From Candidatus Nanopusillus sp. (GTDB lineage: Archaea > Nanobdellota > Nanobdellia > Nanobdellales > Nanobdellaceae), in the NCBI GenBank assembly GCA_049414405.1, contig JBMSAQ010000010.1:1-21858 (forward strand): a DNA stretch of 21,858 nucleotides. The letters run 5' to 3'. Shown here piece after piece: positions 15,837 to 21,858 of the stretch. The stretch's first letter is position 1. Every line of letters begins with the position of its first letter. The position numbers and the translations under genes were made by a program. Below the pieces are notes generated by a model that did not search any database, was not told the origin of the DNA, and saw only the letters and a list, made by a program, of their open reading frames with translations.

Positions 15837-16343
15837 TTATCTCTCGTATGTACCTATAAAATATTCATAACCAATAATATTTTCTTCTTTTACATATTTG
15901 ATAAAATCTTCAAAGAACCAACCATCTATATAAAATTCTTTATTTAGAAATAATATTATCGTATAATATCTATGTTTACCATGGCCTTTTGGAGGACATG
16001 GTCCATCATATCCAATTTTTCCAAAGTCATTTTTACCCTGAATAATTTGTACATCATCTATTTTAACAATTCTTTCCTTTTTAATTCCTGGAGGTATATT
16101 TTTTATTGGTTTACTTATATATGCAATCTAATGTCTGAATATACCACCAGGTGCATCTGGATCTTCTACAAATAATAACATACTTTTTGTATTGTTTGGT
16201 ATTTCTTCATTTATTATTGGAAATGATATATTTTTTCCTTCACATGTATAATCTTTTGGTATTTTTTCTAAATCTCTAAAGGAACTTGAATATACATTCA
16301 CTTTTATTACATTATCAGGTATTTTTATATCTAATATTTCCAT
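15837..16343 (-). pseudogene. PEBP/YbhB-family (phosphatidylethanolamine-binding protein-like) gene interrupted by a single in-frame TAG
   Basis: The listed 71-aa ORF ends ...FVEDPDAPGGIFRH-TAG (16128..16130). The same frame continues without another stop for 96 codons: IAYISKPIKNIPPGIKKERIVKIDDVQIIQGKNDFGKIGYDGPCPPKGHGKHRYYTIILFLNKEF...GTYER-TAA (stop at 15837..15839). It carries the second PEBP signature G-P-x-P-P-x-G-x-H-R-Y. The TAG sits where the family has its conserved Trp (DPDAP..G.F.HW). Confidence 0.8.
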
Positions 16344-16354
16344 ATAGTATACTT

Positions 16355-16364
16355 ATTTAAAAAT
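16355..16364 (+). promoter_or_regulatory. TATA-like box upstream of the C/D box sRNA
   Basis: ATTTAAAAAT is centred about 25 nt upstream of the C box, the spacing expected for an archaeal TATA box. Specificity is low in AT-rich DNA. Confidence 0.3.
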
Positions 16365-16383
16365 TTTAACATATTTATCTTTT

Positions 16384-16433
16384 ATGATGAAATTCTAAAA
16401 ATCTGAAAAGATGATGAATTGTCGGTCTACTGA
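16384..16433 (+). ncRNA. C/D box sRNA (2'-O-methylation guide)
   Basis: Perfect box layout: C AUGAUGA (16384-16390), 12-nt guide AAUUCUAAAAAU, D' CUGA (16403-16406), spacer AAAG, C' AUGAUGA (16411-16417), 12-nt guide AUUGUCGGUCUA, D CUGA (16430-16433). Lies in the 120-nt gap between the divergent PEBP and archease genes. Confidence 0.85.
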
Positions 16434-16463
16434 TTTATAAAACTATTTAAAAATATTCTTAAT

Positions 16464-16922
16464 ATGACTGTTTTGAGAGAATATGAATATGAAGATCATA
16501 CTGCAGATATAAAGATTGTTGGTTATGGAAATACACCAAAGAGAGCAATTGAGGCATTAATATTAGGAATGTTCAATATAATATATAATAATGAAAAAGT
16601 TGAGAAAAAAGAATCAAAACAATTTGTAATTGAAGGAAAAAATGTATTGGAGATTATATATAATATAGCTAGAATATGTTTAGAGGATGTTTTTTATAAA
16701 GATAAATTTGCTGTAAGGGATATAAGGGTAAAAAATTTAAAAAAAGTGAGAGTTGAAAGTAAGAAATATAAATGGGTATGTAGATTTGAAGTTTATGGAG
16801 AAAAATATGATAAAGAAAAACATGGATTTAAAAAAGAAGTTAAAGCAGTCACTTTACATGATATAAATATTACAAAGATAATGAAGACCTATTGGAGTGC
16901 AGAACTTATTGTTGATGTCTAA
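16464..16922 (+). CDS. Archease (RtcB tRNA-ligase / RNA-modification cofactor family)
   Basis: N-terminal YEYEDHTADIKIVGYG and C-terminal EVKAVTLHD...ELIVDV are the archease hallmarks. 152 aa. Confidence 0.9.
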   Translation: MTVLREYEYEDHTADIKIVGYGNTPKRAIEALILGMFNIIYNNEKVEKKESKQFVIEGKNVLEIIYNIARICLEDVFYKDKFAVRDIRVKNLKKVRVESKKYKWVCRFEVYGEKYDKEKHGFKKEVKAVTLHDINITKIMKTYWSAELIVDV

Positions 16923-17797
16923 CCTTCTTGTTCTTTTTTAGCCTCAAAATATTTATACAATGGTATATTTCCAATTAGATAGTATGTTAGATCCAATATT
17001 GTTGCAGTAGATAATACAAATGCAAATTCTTTAACAGAAGGATCTGGTACTATAAAATATAATAAAAGCAATGTATATAGTGCAATAATTTCCATTAACA
17101 TCCCAACCCTAAAAGACATTTTTACCCTTTCAATAAAAGGTTTATCTTTTTCTTTTATCATGTTTGTCGATAGTACTACATTATTATCAATTGCAAACCC
17201 CAAAATCATTAACATTGCAATAAAACCATTTGCTCCTATAGGATATTTTGTTATGGACAATATTGCCAACAATCCGATAACGTCAAATAGTATAGTAGAT
17301 ATTATATTCAAGGTGGTGTTTGAAACTCTAAATGCTATAAATATTACAAATGCTGCAAGTATCATTGCTAGAATTACGAAGAATAAGAATTGATTAAATA
17401 TGAGCTCACCTACTAGAGAACTATACTGTTGTATTGATATATCTGAAGGCTGTATACTAATATTATAATATTGATCTAATAAGCTGATTAATAATGTTCC
17501 ATTAATTTGATCTCTTGACGCTATATAAATAATATTCGATGTACTATACAATACATAATCTGTCATATTCATCTGATTTAATATATTTTGTATTTCTGTG
17601 TTTGTTAAATTATAATTATTATTTATTAATGTTACATAACCTCCAGAAATTGTAATGGATTTATTAATTATATACCCATATTTAAAGTAATTGAATAATA
17701 TTATTCCAACAAATATTGCAAATAGTGATATAGAAAGTAGTAGGAACTTTTTATAATTATTTTCTATAAATGATAAAATTTTCATTAATATGCTCAT
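16919..17797 (-). CDS. secF: Protein-export membrane protein SecF (SecD/F family)
   Basis: 292 aa: N-terminal TM, a ~90-aa external loop (ITISGG, compare SecF DFxGG), then five TMs. LMILGFAIDNNVVLSTNMIKE resembles the SecD/F GYS-x-D-x-IV-x-DRI-E motif. TAG stop overlaps the archease TAA. Confidence 0.6.
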   Translation of the reverse strand: MSILMKILSFIENNYKKFLLLSISLFAIFVGIILFNYFKYGYIINKSITISGGYVTLINNNYNLTNTEIQNILNQMNMTDYVLYSTSNIIYIASRDQINGTLLISLLDQYYNISIQPSDISIQQYSSLVGELIFNQFLFFVILAMILAAFVIFIAFRVSNTTLNIISTILFDVIGLLAILSITKYPIGANGFIAMLMILGFAIDNNVVLSTNMIKEKDKPFIERVKMSFRVGMLMEIIALYTLLLLYFIVPDPSVKEFAFVLSTATILDLTYYLIGNIPLYKYFEAKKEQEG

Positions 17798-17851
17798 TTC
17801 TTACATATTCTTAAAAAAATATATAAACTTATTTTTTTCATAATTAGGTAT

Positions 17852-19696
17852 ATGAGATCCTTTAATTATTTGGTAGAAATAATCTTAGTTGTATCTTTGA
17901 TATTATTATTCTTAATAAATTTGCAATTTCCCAAAAATCCTTCTCATTATATAAACGAATTTAATAAAAAGTATATATTATATACAGCTTTGGCAAATAC
18001 TTATAATGATAAATTTCTTAGTTTTTTAGAAACAAATCAATTTGATGTACTAGCTTTGATATATAATAGCATGTTATCAAGTCATTTTAATAGTTATAAT
18101 CTAAAACAAACCATATATTATACTTTAAATTTTTATAATACCTACAATTCAACATGTTATGAATTTCTATTTCCATTTCCATATCTTGGAGGTGATTTAT
18201 TATATTCATTAAATATAAGTGGGCGGGTTAATAACTTTTTTTTAATATATAATTCTCAGGGAAAAATATGTGGAAATATAGCATCAAGTAATGATTGGTA
18301 TGGAATAATAATATCAAGGTATTCTAGTAATAATTTATCTATATATCTAAATTTAACAAACATAATAAATTTTGTTAATTATACTGTAGATCCATATTCA
18401 TTCTATGCATATAATATTGATTTATATCCAATACAAATCAAATATTTAAATGTATCATATATTAGAACATCCAATGGATATATTCCTATGATAAATATAT
18501 CGTTAAATTTGCCTGACAGATATACACAGCCAATAATGATATTATTTAGAGCCGCAAAAAATAACTTTAATTATTTAAACTTGACAAATAATTATAGATT
18601 AGTAAATAATTTGCCTGCTCAACCGGTAGAATATGCTGTATTTCCATTTAGTTGGGAAACATTATATATTTCTTCTCAATGTTTAGACCAATCACAGGTT
18701 ATAGCATTTACAAATAGTAATCAATATTTTCAATTAATAAATTCATCATATTATCCTTCTTCATTATCTGGAAATACATCAATAACTGTAGTTGCTTGGA
18801 TTTATATTAATGGTTATTATTCTTCTTCTTGTGCTGATGGAGAAAATTATGTAAGTGCAATAGTTCATTTAGCAGGGTTACCAGATTATACAGGTTCTAC
18901 ATTTAGACAAGTAATTATACCAATTAGTGGTAGATATTATTTAGGAATAGATGAAAGTAATGTTGTGGGATATTTACCAAATTACACCTTACCAATGAAT
19001 CAATGGGTTTTTGTTTTTTGGGGGTATAATAATAGTAATGGACAATTTTATGGTGGATTTATAAATCAGAGTGGAATATATTATGGTCAACTAATACCTT
19101 ATCTTGGTTATCCACCTTTACAACCTTTAAATTTATATTATCCACCAAATGTAACGGTATATTTAGGAACTCCATATTCAAACTATCCAGCAGATAATCC
19201 ACCTCCAGGATTCAATCCTGCATGTACGTTCTTAGGATATATATATGTAATTGCATTTTATAACCAACCATTAACAATGGAACAATTAAAAAACATATAT
19301 TATTCAGGTGATTTTAATTATTATAATCCAGTATTAATTTACTATGGTAAAAATTATAATCCAAGTACAGGAATATTATACGGAAATGGACCAAATTATA
19401 ATATGAGAGCACATAATAATCCACAATCTATAAATTTTGTAGAACCCTATTCCCAGTTAATAATAGAGTATTCAATTCCCCCAAATTATCGAGATAGTAT
19501 ATTATCCTCAAATATAAATATTAGTCAATGTTACCCTATAAATGTTTATTATTCAAGCCAATTAATACCAGTAATATTATATAATTATTGGAATTATTTT
19601 AATGTAAATCCAGTACCACGCGGATATAAATACTATAGCAGTATGGTTTATCCATACGGCCTAGGATATTCTAAATTTTCAGTATATGGTTCGTAG
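17852..19696 (+). CDS. Membrane-anchored Asn/Tyr-rich surface protein with LamG (Laminin_G_3-like) domain
   Basis: N-terminus MRS-FNYLVEIILVVSLILLFLINL. LamG-like pattern: FTNSNQYFQL...NTSITVVAWIYING...MNQWVFVFWGYNNSNGQFYGGFINQSG...VYLGT...CTFLGYIYVIAFYNQPLTMEQLKNIY. Dense N-x-S/T sequons. TAG stop lies inside the 11-nt overlap with the next gene. Confidence 0.75.
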   Translation: MRSFNYLVEIILVVSLILLFLINLQFPKNPSHYINEFNKKYILYTALANTYNDKFLSFLETNQFDVLALIYNSMLSSHFNSYNLKQTIYYTLNFYNTYNSTCYEFLFPFPYLGGDLLYSLNISGRVNNFFLIYNSQGKICGNIASSNDWYGIIISRYSSNNLSIYLNLTNIINFVNYTVDPYSFYAYNIDLYPIQIKYLNVSYIRTSNGYIPMINISLNLPDRYTQPIMILFRAAKNNFNYLNLTNNYRLVNNLPAQPVEYAVFPFSWETLYISSQCLDQSQVIAFTNSNQYFQLINSSYYPSSLSGNTSITVVAWIYINGYYSSSCADGENYVSAIVHLAGLPDYTGSTFRQVIIPISGRYYLGIDESNVVGYLPNYTLPMNQWVFVFWGYNNSNGQFYGGFINQSGIYYGQLIPYLGYPPLQPLNLYYPPNVTVYLGTPYSNYPADNPPPGFNPACTFLGYIYVIAFYNQPLTMEQLKNIYYSGDFNYYNPVLIYYGKNYNPSTGILYGNGPNYNMRAHNNPQSINFVEPYSQLIIEYSIPPNYRDSILSSNINISQCYPINVYYSSQLIPVILYNYWNYFNVNPVPRGYKYYSSMVYPYGLGYSKFSVYGS

Positions 19697-21788
19697 TCAA
19701 TTATATTTATATTCAATTGTTGTATTACTATTAATTTTATTTTATTTTGTTTCTTACTTAAATTTATTAAACAAAGAATTTCAGTTTTATTCAGATACTT
19801 TTCCACAATATGGAGAAATATATAAATTATTATATGGAAATGATGTATTCGAAAATATATTAAATCTGTATGGATCTACATTAATCCCATTTACTGTTTA
19901 TTATAATTGTTCATATGATACTATACAAGTCCCAAACTATTTTAATTCAACAAATGTGATTGTAATAGATAATGTTTATAATTTTTTACCTTCGTATGCG
20001 TCAAACAATTTTGTAGCATTTAAAATAATAGATAACTATTCTATAAGTTATTCTAATACTGGATATTGTATATTTAATGGGTATATGGTATATAATCCAT
20101 ATTTTAATACACATTTTCAAGGAACTGGTAATTTACCTTATTATGTTATATTTTATCCACAGAATATATTTACTGTAAATGATAAATATTTAAATAATTT
20201 ATATAACTTGGGAGAAAATGTAGTTTTTCAATATTTAAGAGATTATAAATGTATTGCTGGAGAAATAAAATCTTTAAGTGTTCGAAAAATGTTAGATGGA
20301 ATTTCTGTTAGCTTTTTAAATATATCAAATGCTCGATTAAATAATAATATAATATCAGTAAATATAGTTAATAATGGCATATGTCCAATTAATTTAAACA
20401 AGATATATTATAATAATTATAATATACCGTTATTTGGAAATAACTTTAATACATCTTCTAATAGTTATATAATCTATCCAAATCAACAAATTGTTGGATA
20501 TTATCAATATAATAGGGATGGTTTGTATTTCTGTTTAGTATCTTTGGGTAATGAAATATGTACACCAATTAATAATTTACCAATACAATATTATATTCCA
20601 ATAACATTATATAATACTCAAAATATTCCTGCACCATCTCCATTCCAACAACAAATAGCAATATGTAACGGAACAATAAATATCGGTCCTAATTTTGCAT
20701 ATGTAAATAATCCAACATTATTTAATCAAATACACCCAAATGGACAAAATGTAATGTTCTTTAATCCAAATAATGGACAGTTATATTATTCATGGTATTT
20801 AGGTCAATTAGTAAATGGAAGTACATATTGTAGAATTTGGTGGATTAATATACCTAATGGAATACCTGCTAATAGCAATATTGTAGTTTATATGGCAATC
20901 GGAAATCTTAATACAAACTATTATCAACAATATTATCCATATGTAGGTGCTTCTCCGAATGTATTTCCATCTAGACAGTATGATAATGGAAAATATGTAT
21001 TTATGACATATGGATATTTTAATAATACATTTGATGGTTGGACTGGATATATTTATAGAGGAACTTTTTCTCCTAGAGCAACCCTAAATGGTATTGAAAT
21101 GTTAAATAATCAAAATGGGCAAGGTACATATATTTTACCTTATAATAATTGGAATATTCCTTTAATACCTTTAATTGTTGAAGAAGTTTGGTATCATACA
21201 TCTGGTGCAGATGCAAATGTAATAGCATTGTTTGGAAATATAAATCAACAATTTAATGCTTATGGTATTGCTACACCAATCGCTAATAGTAGTTTATGTG
21301 GTGGAATAAATGTAACGGGAGGAATATATACTACTTGTGGCGGTGCTACACCAGCATCTAATCTATCTACATTTGTACAATTCCAATATCTTGGTAGAGC
21401 AAACCCGCCCTTAAGCCAAGCAGCAATGTTAAAATCCGCAGTAACAAATCAATATCTAAATTATACATATTTCTCACCAGATGGGGGAACTGTTTATTCA
21501 TATTTAATAGTTAATTCTACATATGCACAAGCAGGATATTATATTTATAATTCTAATCAAGTATGGGTTCCTTTAACATTATTAAATATGTATCATTTAT
21601 CATATAATCCAAATTATGGAAATTATACATATTCTAATTTAAATTATAATCCATTTCGATATCCCACATTACAAATAAGTGCAGGAACTGGAGAAGTAGG
21701 TGTGGAGATCCCATATCAATATGTACAATGGGTAATTGTCAGAGCATATCCTCCAAATGGTGTAATGCCTTCAATTTATATCAGTTAA
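19686..21788 (+). CDS. Membrane-anchored DUF2341/LamG-type Asn-rich surface protein (full-length paralogue of 3..1571)
   Basis: N-terminus MVRS-QLYLYSIVVLLLILFYFVSYL. DUF2341-like core: PITLYNTQNIPAPSPFQQQI...YSWYLGQLVNGSTYCRIWWINIPNGIPANSNIVVYMAIGN. C-terminus is WVIVRAYPPNGVMPSIYIS. Confidence 0.8.
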   Translation: MVRSQLYLYSIVVLLLILFYFVSYLNLLNKEFQFYSDTFPQYGEIYKLLYGNDVFENILNLYGSTLIPFTVYYNCSYDTIQVPNYFNSTNVIVIDNVYNFLPSYASNNFVAFKIIDNYSISYSNTGYCIFNGYMVYNPYFNTHFQGTGNLPYYVIFYPQNIFTVNDKYLNNLYNLGENVVFQYLRDYKCIAGEIKSLSVRKMLDGISVSFLNISNARLNNNIISVNIVNNGICPINLNKIYYNNYNIPLFGNNFNTSSNSYIIYPNQQIVGYYQYNRDGLYFCLVSLGNEICTPINNLPIQYYIPITLYNTQNIPAPSPFQQQIAICNGTINIGPNFAYVNNPTLFNQIHPNGQNVMFFNPNNGQLYYSWYLGQLVNGSTYCRIWWINIPNGIPANSNIVVYMAIGNLNTNYYQQYYPYVGASPNVFPSRQYDNGKYVFMTYGYFNNTFDGWTGYIYRGTFSPRATLNGIEMLNNQNGQGTYILPYNNWNIPLIPLIVEEVWYHTSGADANVIALFGNINQQFNAYGIATPIANSSLCGGINVTGGIYTTCGGATPASNLSTFVQFQYLGRANPPLSQAAMLKSAVTNQYLNYTYFSPDGGTVYSYLIVNSTYAQAGYYIYNSNQVWVPLTLLNMYHLSYNPNYGNYTYSNLNYNPFRYPTLQISAGTGEVGVEIPYQYVQWVIVRAYPPNGVMPSIYIS

Positions 21789-21858
21789 TTTTTTAATTTT
21801 AGAGAACAATCTTATTATTTAAAGTATGATAAAGCTTTCTCAATAAATTTAATTATTT
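21760..21858. repeat. 99-bp perfect direct repeat, copy 2 (runs to the window edge)
   Basis: Identical to 1543..1641. It includes an identical T-rich post-stop tract (21789..21800), a putative terminator. Confidence 0.95.

Noticed and set aside
16128-16130. TAG in the PEBP gene as a programmed recoding site (pyrrolysine or reassigned TAG)
   Set aside because: TAG is used as an ordinary stop by at least three confident genes here (3674-4747, secF, 17852-19696). No pyl genes or suppressor tRNA are visible. The position corresponds to a conserved Trp, one transition away. A nonsense mutation or base-call error is more parsimonious, though read-through cannot be excluded from sequence alone.
15972-16175. 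67-aa + strand ORF
   Set aside because: Antisense to the PEBP-family reading frame, which carries both family signatures.
17160-17393. 77-aa + strand ORF
   Set aside because: Antisense shadow within the secF membrane domain.
1543-21858. Direct repeats plus adjacent tRNA-Phe as attL/attR of a ~20-kb integrated mobile element
   Set aside because: The intervening region is core housekeeping (rps11, rps15, secF, archease, XPD, RecJ-like genes, two more tRNAs). It has no integrase, transposase or viral/plasmid genes. The repeats are simply the 3' ends of two paralogous genes.
1-21858. Terminal similarity as a circular replicon or assembly overlap
   Set aside because: Only the last 99 bp are identical. 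The rest of the two copies differs by substitutions, indels and a divergent cassette, so they are true paralogues and not the same sequence read twice.
1-21858. CRISPR arrays, cas genes, or toxin-antitoxin and other recognisable defence modules
   Set aside because: No regularly spaced direct repeats and no proteins with corresponding motifs were seen on either strand. The XPD-like helicase has the full housekeeping XPD motif set and no defence-type partners.

Overview
Extremely AT-rich, almost gap-free archaeal chromosomal window. Archaeal identity rests on archaeal-type ribosomal proteins uS11 and uS15, archease, an XPD-type helicase, SecF, two RecJ/Cdc45-like DHH proteins, an intron-containing tRNA and a textbook C/D box sRNA. 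The three tRNAs are GC-rich islands in the AT-rich background. Ribosomal-protein genes sit outside their usual operons, start/stop codons overlap, and proteins are dominated by N/I/K/Y. Together this suggests a thermophilic, genome-reduced lineage (Nanoarchaeota/DPANN-like), which is inference only. I support 21 protein-coding genes, 1 pseudogene, 3 tRNAs (Phe-GAA, CAT with a 28-nt intron, Thr-CGT) and 1 unannotated C/D box sRNA. Ten further ORFs in the supplied track are antisense shadows and are rejected. Main points: (1) Four large Asn/Tyr-rich, sequon-dense DUF2341/LamG-type surface proteins take up roughly a third of the coding capacity. One has a clear archaeal type IV pilin N-terminus and is co-oriented, with short gaps, with a MacB-type ABC ATPase, an FtsX permease and a CARDB-repeat protein. 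All three complete members begin M-x(0-2)-R-S followed by a hydrophobic helix. (2) The window starts and ends inside two paralogues of this family. They are about 90% identical in a core block, carry a divergent cassette, and are 100% identical for the last 99 bp, including 70 bp past the stop codon. (3) A PEBP/YbhB-family gene is intact except for one in-frame TAG at the invariant Trp codon. (4) A motif-degenerate RecJ/Cdc45-like gene overlaps rps15 by 4 nt, and a motif-complete RecJ-like paralogue lies 2 kb away. No CRISPR array, transposase, integrase or recognisable defence genes were seen.
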